From IMG/VR virus record IMGVR_UViG_3300021400_000025, positions 310,479 to 374,478 of that record: 64,000 nt of DNA; one strand, given 5' to 3'. This stretch comes from a virus (lineage: Duplodnaviria; Heunggongvirae; Uroviricota; Caudoviricetes). Shown in pieces: positions 22,913 to 33,374 of the stretch. A model generated the notes under the pieces. It had not been told where the DNA came from. It made no database searches and worked only from the letters and a program-made list of their open reading frames with translations. The position numbers were made by a program, and so were the translations under genes. Position 1 is the stretch's first letter, and every line of letters starts with the position of its first letter.

Positions 22913-22941
22913 AAAGGTTCTGGTTTTCACCAGAACCTTTT
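22913..22941. terminator. bidirectional intrinsic terminator
   Basis: AAAGGTTCTGGT-TTTC-ACCAGAACCTTTT. Confidence 0.85.
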
Positions 22942-22962
22942 GCTTTTGTTGGATCTTCTTCA

Positions 22963-23187
22963 TCACTTGGGGTTCACAATCTGCCACACCCCAAACAAGT
23001 TGTTCGTCTTTGTCTGGAACTCCACTCCAACTTTCTGGGAAATCTCTGAGGTGGCTTTTGTCAACCGTGTGACAACAACCTTGTCAATCCCTCCTATGAA
23101 GCCCATCAATCCAAGCGCAATCACCAGAATGATGTTCATTCTCAGGTTGTCCCTCTTCAATTTCTTGATTTCATTTTCAATGTTCAT
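22963..23187 (-). CDS. small membrane protein
   Basis: one hydrophobic helix; GGAG RBS. Confidence 0.65.
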   Translation of the reverse strand: MNIENEIKKLKRDNLRMNIILVIALGLMGFIGGIDKVVVTRLTKATSEISQKVGVEFQTKTNNLFGVWQIVNPK

Positions 23188-25103
23188 TGTCTGTTGTCTC
23201 CTTCTTCCTAGTCACGAACTATGTGCGAAATGTTGTCCTGTTTCCTGATGACAAGCGTCTGGGTGTCGGGCATTGTCTTGAACATCTGCTCAACCTCTCC
23301 TCTATGGGAAATGATGTAGATGTTTGTGTTCTCCTTCTGGGACAATTGGAGAAGAAGCCCAAGCAGCTTCTGGATTGAAACTGAATCCAGCGCCCTGTCC
23401 ACAACTTCGTCGATAATCATGACGTTCATGCTCACATTGAACCTTGACATGAGGAACTTGCGGAACGCCAACTGGCTTGAAATCAACAGCTTCATTCTCT
23501 CGCCGGCAGAACGTAAATCAAGATCAACCTCGTTGTCCCCAGCCATGATGACGTAGTCGTTCATGTCAGACGAAAGGGTGCATGTGAAGTTCACGCACAG
23601 TTCCGAGAGGTTCTGGTTAATCATGGCGTTGATTGACGCGACAACCTTGGATATGATGTTCTTCCTTATGGATTCAGGGGAGACAATGGTCGAACCAACA
23701 GTCAAGAGGCATAGCCTCATTGACTCGTCCTTCAATTCCTTCTCAACCTCGGCAATCTCGTCAAGTGTCTTCTTGTACACAGAATATGATGGAATCTTGT
23801 TCTCGTTCTCAATGGATTCAAGAAGATCGGCAGCCTTGCGTTCAAGATCCTTGATTGACTTCACAAGCTGAACCTTCTGGAACTGTAGATTGCGTTCCTC
23901 AACCTGATTGTCAGACAGTTCGTTCATCTTGGACATTTCCTCAGACTTCAACTTGTCGTCATATGCCTTGACCTTCCCAATCTGACTGGTGCTGTTCTCA
24001 ATCTTCGCCTCCTCCTCGGAAATCCTTGTCTGAAGGCTTTCAATCTCCGAGCGGTATACATCCAGAGAATAGAACTTGTCCACAACCTTCTTGCAGTCGT
24101 CGCAAATCATGCCCAGCACTTCCTTGTGCTTGTTCAGCTCTCGGTTGTGATGCGAAATCGTTGTGTTGTGGTTGTTGATTTCAATGCGGGAATTCGTGAT
24201 GGCATCGTTGCACTGGGATATGACCTCATCCAGTTTCGCCTTGTTCTCCCTTATCTTCGCAAGGGTGGACTCAATCACCTCCCTCTGTTGCTGAAGTTCA
24301 GTGAACCTTGGTTCAAGCCCATTCACCTTCTCCTGAAGCCCCGCCTTCTCTTGGTTGGTCTCAGATATCTGGTCGTTCACACTCGCCTTGTACCGTTCAA
24401 TTTCGTCCTCGCATATCTCCTTTGTCTTGCCAAGTTTCACCTGATTCACCTTCAGATTCTGGAGAATGATGTTCCTTGACTTCAAGTCCTCGGACATCAT
24501 CTTGTACATGTTCGAGTAGACGGTCGTGTCGAACAGCGTCTCTACGAAATCCCTCTTCTGGGAGGCGTTTAATTTGAAGAAATTGTACTTGTCCTCGATT
24601 GAGAGCATGACAAGGCGCTGGTACATCTCGAAGTTCATGAACAGAACATTCTCCTCAATGAACTTCTGGGTGTTCGCCGTGCTTGACTTGGATATGTCCT
24701 TCCACACTCCATCTTCAAGTATGTAGAGCTGAAGGACAACTGCCGCCTTCCCCTTCTGAAGACCACGCACAATCTGCCAGTGCCTTATGTCAGTCTTGGA
24801 CATGACAACATCAACCTCGACCGTCACCGACATCTTGAACCCATCAAGAATGGTGTTCGCATAATCGTTCTTGATGTTCTCGTTGTGGAACTTGCCGTTC
24901 AACTGCCCAAACAAAGCATACATCAGAGCATGGGACCACGCCGACTTTCCCGAACCATTGGATGTGTTCCCAAGTGGGGATTCAGTGTCCTTGTTCTCGC
25001 CCTTTATCAGAACCAAAGGGGAAGTGTTCTCAAAGTCCCATTCCTCGTCCTGGAACGAAAGGAAATTGTGTATGTTTACCTTCTTTATCTTTATCCTAGT
25101 CAT
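23184..25103 (-). CDS. gp46: recombination endonuclease ATPase subunit (T4 gp46/SbcC/Rad50-like)
   Basis: NFLSF, NGSGKS, coiled coil with CDDC hook, SAGE signature, IIDE, IISH; TAG at 23208 then TGA at 23184. Confidence 0.9.
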
Positions 25104-25152
25104 GTCAATTCAATTATACAACTAGATGAAATTATTGTAAATACTTGTCGAT

Positions 25153-25689
25153 ATGAAATGGCACAGAATATACAATGAATCACAAGGTGGTGGAGAAAGC
25201 AAGTCAATACCGATTGAAGTCTCAACTCGGGAAGTGAAGCTCATCCAGAACTACCTGAACAAGGGAAAGCCATTGAACGACCCATCGAACAAGGAATGCC
25301 AAGAGACCGTGATGAGGATTCTGAACAACATAGTGGAGAACTCGCAGATTGAGAACCTTGACACCTATGTTTCCAATTTCTTCTTCGACAACCTTGGGAT
25401 TGAAGTTGAACTTGACCCCTATGGGGAGAACTCAGCCATTGAACTTGCGAAGAATGGGTTGGTGTCGATAACCAATTGCAAACTTCCCGAACTTCGCCAA
25501 GATGGTGAATATCAAGATCTTGTACAAGGTGGGTTCTGGGATATGGACACTGGAATATTGGAAGAGGGCTTCATCGCAGTTGAAGACTTGAATTCTGTGC
25601 TTGCAGAAATGAACGTGGGAAATGGCATCAAGTCAATCCAGTTGAAGAAAGATGGGAACATTGCCAAGATAATGCTTGATTTTGAATGA
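25153..25689 (+). CDS. putative internal head protein with MKWHRIYNE|S leader
   Basis: GTAAATA 9 nt upstream; leader shared with neighbours. Confidence 0.65.
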   Translation: MKWHRIYNESQGGGESKSIPIEVSTREVKLIQNYLNKGKPLNDPSNKECQETVMRILNNIVENSQIENLDTYVSNFFFDNLGIEVELDPYGENSAIELAKNGLVSITNCKLPELRQDGEYQDLVQGGFWDMDTGILEEGFIAVEDLNSVLAEMNVGNGIKSIQLKKDGNIAKIMLDFE

Positions 25690-25717
25690 GACAACAAGAA
25701 GAAGGGGAAACTTGAAA

Positions 25718-26191
25718 ATGAAATGGAAGAAATACACTGAGAGCGTGAACGACGCAGCAGACGAATTGGCAGAGGTTGAGGAACCTGTGAAGAACATCAA
25801 GCTTTGGGAAATAACCCCAGACAGCGATGGATATGGTTCACTTGGCTCTGACGCGCAATTTCTCATTGACGAGTACATTGGAGATTTGGCAAGAAGATAC
25901 TACACAAACGGCCACATTCCAGAGGATGAAGAACAAGAAATAAGGGATTCGCTCTATGCTGTATATGCCGAGTTTGAATATTGGCTACCAGCAGACGAGG
26001 AGTACGATGCAGGATATGAAGATGGAAAGATTATGTTCATCATATGCAAGGACGATGGATGCCTATGTGGACTTGACAAGTTCAGTGAAACATATCCAGA
26101 TGAAGTATATGACAAGGTTGAGGAAGAAGCATACAGCTTTGCCGGAGTGACACACGACAAATACTACTGGTGCGTTCCATCAAAAGACTAA
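25718..26191 (+). CDS. putative acidic internal head protein with MKWKKYTE|S leader
   Basis: basic leader followed by a strongly acidic body. Confidence 0.65.
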   Translation: MKWKKYTESVNDAADELAEVEEPVKNIKLWEITPDSDGYGSLGSDAQFLIDEYIGDLARRYYTNGHIPEDEEQEIRDSLYAVYAEFEYWLPADEEYDAGYEDGKIMFIICKDDGCLCGLDKFSETYPDEVYDKVEEEAYSFAGVTHDKYYWCVPSKD

Positions 26192-26224
26192 ACAATCTAA
26201 ATCAAACAAGGAAGGTAAACTAAA

Positions 26225-26605
26225 ATGACTTCAGAACTATACGCAAACTTCATGGACAATGGGCAGGAAAAAGCCACAAAGTTCATCATATCGGACGAAT
26301 GGTCCCAGGTTGAGGAGATGCTGAGAAGGGACGCAGTGTTCTCCAATCCAAAGTACATCAAGATTGAGGACGTGCCGAAGCAGCTCCCCAACTTGACGCG
26401 GTTTTTGAGGGACAGAGCATGTCTCTCGGTCAGAGTGTTCGATTACGACAAGGCAACCAAGAAGGTTGGAAATGGACTTGCATCCATGATCATCCTAATC
26501 CAGGGAACCTCCAACCAGATAATCACGATGAAGAAGTTGTCCGGTGGATACAAGGACGAAGACTTCATGGCTCAACTCAATCCAGTTCTGGCAAAGGTCA
26601 ACTGA
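26225..26605 (+). CDS. hypothetical protein
   Basis: clean ORF in an apparent late operon. Confidence 0.75.
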   Translation: MTSELYANFMDNGQEKATKFIISDEWSQVEEMLRRDAVFSNPKYIKIEDVPKQLPNLTRFLRDRACLSVRVFDYDKATKKVGNGLASMIILIQGTSNQIITMKKLSGGYKDEDFMAQLNPVLAKVN

Positions 26606-26626
26606 TATTGAATGTTGATTTAAGGT

Positions 26627-26824
26627 TCAATTCAAGGGAATCCATCTGATTCCAGTGGGCTTGGAAACATCATAATCCAAGTCCTCAACCTATTCCTCGA
26701 CAACAGAACCATGAATCGCCGGCGGCATGGGGTCTCCACATCCACCTGACATTCCAGAAGTTGCAGTCGCCAGTGGATTGACTGGAACAACCACCCCAGT
26801 TGTTCTCTTTGTTCTCCTCTTCAT
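26627..26824 (-). CDS. small hypothetical protein (65 aa), 1 in-frame TAG
   Basis: ATG 2 nt after the upstream TGA; open only if TAG is read. Confidence 0.35.
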
Positions 26825-26826
26825 TT

Positions 26827-28347
26827 TCAGAACTCCATCTTTGTGATGCAGTTGATGAAATCCCCAAATGGTTCAGAATTCTCCAACGCCACAGCTATTG
26901 GCTTCTTCCAGAACTAGTACCATTTCCTCTTCATGGCATATCCTGGATATTTGGCAGACGCAACAAGCCTGTCAAACTTCTTCACCTTGCCAATGACCTT
27001 CACAGGAACTGTTCCAGTCAACGCAATCCCAACCATTATGCAGTTCTTTGATGGTTCATCGCCATTCAAGACAAGTCCAGGCTTCGTGGTGACAATGGCA
27101 TTGGCAACTCCATTCCTTGACAATGTTATCTCCTTCTCCCCACCGAACATCACCAATGTCCCAGGTTCGTATTCCCTGTCAGCCTCCCTGAACTCGGCAA
27201 GATCGGCCCAACGAGAACGTATGGCAGTGCCGTTGATTTCCTTGTCGAATGTGGCCTGCCCAAGGAACCTGGCATTGTGGAAGAACCTGCACTCGCCAAT
27301 GAAGGAGTTGTGCGTCCAGAACCATGCCCTCTCGCCATAATGCCACTCATTGCCACGAACCTTCAGAACGCCATTTTCATTGGGATTCGCCGCACGCTGC
27401 CTTGTCTGGACTTGGCAGCATCCACCCTTCTAGTCCAGGCTCTCCGGATCGTCATACGTGATGTTGCAATCAGATAACTCCCCAGCATCCAGAAAACGCT
27501 CATTATGTTGATCGATGTCAAGGGGATGGATGTCTCTGTCGGCATATCTGTTCTGGTTGTTCATCTTCCAGTTAATCAACGCCCTCACCGCGCAGAACAA
27601 CCATCTCAGACTCATCTTCCTCGACACATAGCCGTTGTGGGAGCCATATTGGATCGCGCCATCCCCCAGCCATTCAGACACTTCAAGATACGAATGCATG
27701 ATGTTGTGGCGCAAAGTCTTCGCAGTCAAATTGAGGAATTCGTCGTCATCCCTCTCAATGTTGGTGTGTTCATCATCAGAAGAAGCATCATAGTCAGTGG
27801 GCATCTCCTCTCCATCACCCACCTGGTTGTCAGCATTGGTGTATCCCACAATCTCCTTGAACTTGAACGTCCTGTCGATGTCCCTGTTCTTGTTGTACGC
27901 ATATTCCTCCCACATCTCCATGCGCCATTTTGGATCCACCCCAGATGGACACCAATCCCACCAGAAATATGCATCGTCAATGTTGCTGCGTCCATACGAC
28001 CATATCAATTGCTTCTGGTATATATCATCCAGATTGGCTATGCGCCTCTATGTGATTGCCTCTTGACTTCCACAATATTGCCCCTTGTTCTGCTCATAGT
28101 AGTCGTCTTTCTCCTCGTCTGTCATGTCATCTGAATTCGGGGCGGTTGAAATCACCGACTCCTTGAACATCGTCTGCTTTTCCTGCTTAGACAACTCCTT
28201 CCAACCAGGCTGCTCCACATCTGGATTCTGCTTGAAGAAATTCTCCAACGCGAAATCCACTATGTCGTTGCCATCGTTCTTGGCGATGAACTTCCTTATC
28301 TGTTCCTCTGGTCCCCACAAGGGAATCTCTGAAATTCGATTAATCAT
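26827..28347 (-). CDS. tail-fibre-like protein with C-terminal peptidase G2/intramolecular-chaperone-like domain (506 aa), 3 in-frame TAG
   Basis: WADLAE...AD..YEPGTLV.FGGEKEIT...IAL.G.VPVKV.G motif; TAG at 28048, 27430, 26914; ends TGA. Confidence 0.75.
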
Positions 28348-28388
28348 GTCTAATTGCTCTCGTTGAACTGTTTCTCTTCTTCACCCTC

Positions 28389-28421
28389 TATTTACCATTC
28401 GCGTGGAGGATTCTGTAAATA
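28389..28421. promoter_or_regulatory. divergent pair of late-type promoters
   Basis: TATTTAC-19 nt-GTAAATA. Confidence 0.7.
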
Positions 28422-28450
28422 GATTATGCGAAACAACCTCAAAAAGGTAA

Positions 28451-29488
28451 ATGAAAATGAAATGGAAAAAATGCAATGAAGTCTCAGGTTGGAAACTTGA
28501 GGACGAGGACTTGACGCTTGTGAACACTGAACGCGATGGCGACAAGCTGTACATCGTGAAACTGTGGTGGGGTTCAGGCTATGTGATGGATTGCTACAAC
28601 GCATACGCATTCAACGAAGAGGAGGCTCTGAACTACGTGGTGGCGTACATTGAGAAGGAAGATCCGGGAATCCTTGAAAGGTCAGATGAAGCCGCAGCCA
28701 CATTGAGAACAGAACTTGCCGACGAAAATGGACTTGAAAACTCGTTGGAGGCAGAAGACATTCCCGAATTCCAGGAAACCTTCATGTATGTTGACGCCAC
28801 AATGGAAGGTGCTTCTGACACGCACTACATCTGGGCAGAGAACCTTAAGATTGCCGAATATCCAAAGGAACACGACTATCCAATGGCAAAGGGAATCAAG
28901 AGGGAAAGCAGAAGGAGAAGAACAAGGAGAGTCAATGAATCCAGCAAGCAAATAATGTTGACATGGGACGAGTACAACAAACTGTGCGACATGATTGACA
29001 TGGACTGGAAAAGATGGAACAAGAGAAGAGCTGAAAACATTGAGATTGTGGCTGACCGTGCCTTGGAGCATCTTGGATGGATAACCTCAAAGGACTTCAC
29101 TGGACAATCTCCAAAGGACGTGGAAATTTCGTTCACCATTCCAAGCGCATTGCCTGACGATGAGTTCTCCACAGGAATCCAAAAGAGCATGACCATATAC
29201 GATTTGATTGATGGCATGTTCTGGAACGAAAGCACCAAAATGGATGAAAGCATGAACTGGAATGGCGTATCCGACAAGTTCATAGACAACGACAACATAC
29301 AGTTCACCAGAAAATGCCCATCTTGTGGAAAACCCTACTCCATCACAGTACCCATACGCGATGTGGAGGATGGATGTTCCGCATACGGCAAGGGCGCGAG
29401 TATTCAGGACGCATTCCCCAACTTCAGCCCGGACGAACGAGAGTTCTTCATGTCAGGCATTTGCCCTGATTGTTGGGAGAACATGTGA
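28451..29488 (+). CDS. modular putative internal-head polyprotein with C-terminal zinc finger
   Basis: MKWKKCNE leader; linkers IKRE|S-RRRRTRRVNE|S and FWNE|S-TKMDE|S; CPSC...CPDC. Confidence 0.7.
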   Translation: MKMKWKKCNEVSGWKLEDEDLTLVNTERDGDKLYIVKLWWGSGYVMDCYNAYAFNEEEALNYVVAYIEKEDPGILERSDEAAATLRTELADENGLENSLEAEDIPEFQETFMYVDATMEGASDTHYIWAENLKIAEYPKEHDYPMAKGIKRESRRRRTRRVNESSKQIMLTWDEYNKLCDMIDMDWKRWNKRRAENIEIVADRALEHLGWITSKDFTGQSPKDVEISFTIPSALPDDEFSTGIQKSMTIYDLIDGMFWNESTKMDESMNWNGVSDKFIDNDNIQFTRKCPSCGKPYSITVPIRDVEDGCSAYGKGASIQDAFPNFSPDEREFFMSGICPDCWENM

Positions 29489-29515
29489 TTTGGCACAACA
29501 ATCCAACAACGAAAG

Positions 29516-29549
29516 AGATGGACACACAACAAAACGTGTCCATCTTTTT
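29516..29549 (+). terminator. intrinsic terminator
   Basis: AGATGGACAC...GTGTCCATCT plus T-run. Confidence 0.75.
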
Positions 29550-29711
29550 GTTATCTTGAAAACTCAGAAAGGGCTATTGCCAATCCAGCCAGATATGCGC
29601 TGACAATCCCATCCGGGAACATGATTGCATATGCACATCCAACCACGCAAGCAGACATGGCGAGGCATGGGCAATCTTCTTTGTCAATCTGAACATCATA
29701 TCCATACGCAT

Positions 29712-29753
29712 CAATTATACAAAAAGACGCACCCAATGGATGCGTCATCTTTG
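29712..29753 (-). terminator. terminator/TGTATAAT cassette, copy 2
   Basis: identical to 598-641 except a 2-nt loop indel. Confidence 0.75.
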
Positions 29754-29772
29754 CCCTTCTATCTCCTATCTG

Positions 29773-30870
29773 TCACATATCAAGGGGAGCCAAATCGTAT
29801 TGAATATCCTCCCAAACAGAATGGATTTTCTTTTTTGCAGATGTCAACTGTTTGAAATAAAACTCAAATAGTGAATTCATGTCATCAGAACTAATCAATT
29901 CTTCTTTCCACTCGTCAATAAGATTTTGCAACTGTTCATCTATGGCTTCAATCTTGTCCCCAAAATACGCCAGGTCCTTTTCCTAATCATTCATCAAATC
30001 AGATTCGCTGAACTTTCTGCCGAACTTCTTGGTGGATTCCTAGAGATTTTTACCTGATTTTTTGGCTGACTTGCGTTCAACCAATGCTGATGCAGACACT
30101 TCCACTTTCAGTTTAGGGTTTCTAATGTTTACAATAGTGTAACAATATCCATCACAGTCATCATAGTTTTCATCACGTTCAACATTTACGATTTTCCATC
30201 CCTTCTCCGGAAGTCTCTCGTCATCGTCATATTCCCACATCACTTGCCATGCGTCAATATCTACAATTTCACCCACTTTCCATTCAGCCAATGGTTCTTC
30301 ATCGTCATCGTAAGATGGATTATATTTCCCCCCACCCATAATTGCTTCGCTGAACTTTCTGCCGAACTTCTTGGTGGATTCCTTGACCGAACCTTTAGCT
30401 GGCCTTATCCAATCTTCGTACACCCATATACCATTGATGGAATCGTCATCATAATCATCGTCCATGTCTAAATTTGTTATGTAGTATCTATGACCTGGAC
30501 GAATCTTACCAGATGCTTCTCTTCCCTCAACTGACTTAGCTTGCTCAATTATCCATCCATCTTCTGGAATGTCATCCAGAGAATATGCGCCTTTCGTGAA
30601 TTTCTCCGGTACGTCATTGTAGTAATTGTAGAACTCCTCGTAGAATTCCTTGGTGAGACTGACCTTCTCGCCAATGTCGAACTTTGGACGCCATTTCTTT
30701 TCAATGGCATCAAAATCGTCCTTCATCCAGGACTCCCTGAACATCAGCACCTTGCCTTTGTTCGTCTTGAAAAGTCTGCCGGATTCAGAGACATATTCCA
30801 GTTCACCGTATTTGTTCTTGAAGTACCTGGACTTGTTGAACTGCTCTTTAGTTATGTTTAGTTTTTTCAT
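29773..30870 (-). CDS. modular putative internal-head polyprotein (365 aa), 2 in-frame TAG
   Basis: 44-aa leader shared with 46922; modules separated twice by E|STKKFGRKFSE; TAG at 30040 and 29983; GTAAATA at 30894-30900. Confidence 0.75.
30004..30383. repeat. perfect 38-bp direct repeat (30004-30041 and 30346-30383) encoding the ESTKKFGRKFSE linker
   Basis: TTCGCTGAACTTTCTGCCGAACTTCTTGGTGGATTCCT occurs twice. Confidence 0.95.
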
Positions 30871-30911
30871 AGTCAAATTCCTCATTGTATTTCTATTTAC
30901 AAAAATCCACA

Positions 30912-33368
30912 TCAAAACTCGGTCAAGACATTGTAATCTTCTTCCCCTTCTTCCCAATCTGTTCCATTCATGAAGTCAAATGACTGGTTCACAGTGAAGA
31001 ACTGCCTGTTCATTCCATGCCCCCATTGTCTGTTGCCGTAGAACAGCTCATCGTCTGGGATGTCCCTTTCAGAATGCCCAATCTTCACAGGCTTGTATTC
31101 CTCAAGGTTTCCCAACTGGGACACGATGCTCTTGTGCGCCTCTGAATTCAGTATTTCGTCAGCCATGCTCTTGTCAAGGGGCGTGCTGTACTGGACTACA
31201 TCTGGCAAAACCCTGTCCATCTTCGTCTTGAACGCCTTGACAACGGCGTAGTGTTGCTGGATTGTGTCAGGGAACAGAAGGTACATGCCCCAAATCCAGG
31301 AAAGCATGTAGTCGTCATGGCACTTGTCCTTCGCCGAGAACGTTATGGAATTGCTTGTGTTCTTCCTGACGAAAGTTCCCATCTCGTTCACCAACAACTC
31401 GTCTGGGATTGATATGTTGATTTCCTCTGTGGTTATCAACTCGTTCGTGAACATGCAGGCCTCAAGTTTCGTCTTGTTCTTGGACTTCACGCCATAGGTT
31501 ATCTCACCATATTTTCCTGTAGGTGAGATAGCCTGCTCGTAGAACATCCTGTACTTGGGGTACTGGTAGGTGTCAAGCATGATGTCAACGAATCCTGCGC
31601 CCACGCCGTTGTTCTCGAATATCAATGGGGGAAAGCCATACAGTTTCATGAACTCGTATGTGGCATAGCCAAAATCAACCAAGGTCGCCTTTGAACATGA
31701 CATGCGCGCAACAAGCTGAATGTTCCTCACCTCGGTGACATCCCATATGAACATCACGGAAGAGTCGTTTCCAGTTCCCTCAGAGATGTCCCCAGAGCCA
31801 GCGTAGACACGAGATGGATCAAACGGCTTCCAGAAATACGCGAAGATGTCCTTCTCAGGGTTCTTTGACAGATTCAGCTTTGCTGGCTCTGGATAGTTCT
31901 TCAAGTTCATTCTGAAATGCTCGATGTCGTCGGATGGGACAAGGGAAGCATCCCCCGCGGACTTGAACTCGCACTCGAATTCCTGCATCCACTTGTCCAT
32001 TCCAATCGTGGCTATTTGCTGCTCCTTCCATTGCTGGTCCCTTCCTGGAACATCATACCACAGGAATCGAAACGCTTTCCAGTTCTCGTCTGACTTCACG
32101 TTGGGGTCTGTTGCCTATTGCCATGTGTCGTAGAACAGGTTGTTGTATGTCCCATTTGGCGTTGACACCATGATTGCCTTTGAGTCCTTTGAGGACGAAA
32201 GCACTGGGAACACAGAAGCCATGAACTCGTCGGCAACATGCTTGGGGATGAAGGCTGCCTCATCCAATACGAGCAAACTGGCAGAGAATCCACGTGTGCC
32301 ACTTGAACCTGTGGCGAAGCATCTGATCGTGGAATTGTTCTCAAACTCAATGCACTGCTTGTTGTATGTGACCACACCTATCTTGATTGCGGATGGACAG
32401 TATTCATATCCCAATCTAATTCTGTCCATGATTTCAATTGCGATATTCAACTGGTTTCCACATATCATAACCCGCTTATGCGCGTGATACATCGCATACC
32501 ACAGAATGAACACTGTGTAGATGGTGGTGTTGTGGGAGAGAATACCGTTGGTATAGTATCTATGGTTCGTTGTCTCGGGAAGTTCAACATCATACATGTT
32601 CTCGCTTCTATCAGTCTTGACAACATCCACAACCTTATCCAGACCATCTTCAGTCCATATCATCTATCCTGGATTCAGATTCTTGACAAACACCTCGTTC
32701 CAATCCTAGTCAAACACTATGTGGTCGTCAGCACATTCAAGCACATGATTCTATGTTCTGAGAATCCAAACATCATACTAGATTGTCTTGTGTATTGCCT
32801 TGACATCATCAAAAACTGTGTCTGTCAAAACCTGATACTTCCCATCAACATCTACAGAATCCACGAACTTTCCACTTGAATCTTCTATGTCATAATGCGG
32901 AAAGCCATAGTTGTCAAAGAAATCTCCAACTGAAATTGTTTCAATCCATCCAGTAGATACTTCACGAATCGTTATTGTGCTGTTGGCACATTGGCACTTA
33001 CCAACCTAACGTGACGCGCAAACTATGGCCCTATTGTTGTCCTATATGAACTTCAGAAGTTCCGCCTGCTTTGGGTATGGGTCAAGTGTGATTAGACCAT
33101 CCCTTTGAGACACAATCTTGAAATACTTGCGGCAGAAATACAGAACATCGTTCTTGCATCTCTTTATCTCCTTTGCCCGCTCCTTGAACTGCTATGGAGT
33201 CAGAATCTCCTTCTCGCCAGCTTTCTTGATTGATGCCAGCTCCTCCTAGCCGTTCTACTTGTCCTTTGGTATGTTTGCAGACGCCAGCTATGGTCCATTG
33301 CTCTATCCATCCAGACCAAGGTTCTCGAACCTGTCTATCGTCGGCTTGTCAAATCCCTTCTCTCCCAT
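30912..33368 (-). CDS. terL: terminase large subunit (T4 gp17-like; 818 aa precursor with intein), 12 in-frame TAG
   Basis: YF...YPKQ, SR*VGK|T Walker A, LVLDEAAF Walker B, STPNG, QEFEC.F, GDISEG, ENNGVG, HDD; ends TGA. Confidence 0.93.
32529..32996 (-). mobile_element. mini-intein (156 aa, no endonuclease) in the terminase Walker A
   Basis: starts with Cys after GK; block B LECADDH; block F MYDV; ends YYTNGILSHN followed by Thr; removal restores GKTT. Confidence 0.92.
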
Positions 33369-33374
33369 GACACA

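Noticed and set aside
29551-29748. Small hydrophobic ORF
   Set aside because: Track start lies within the terminator hairpin; no convincing start or RBS
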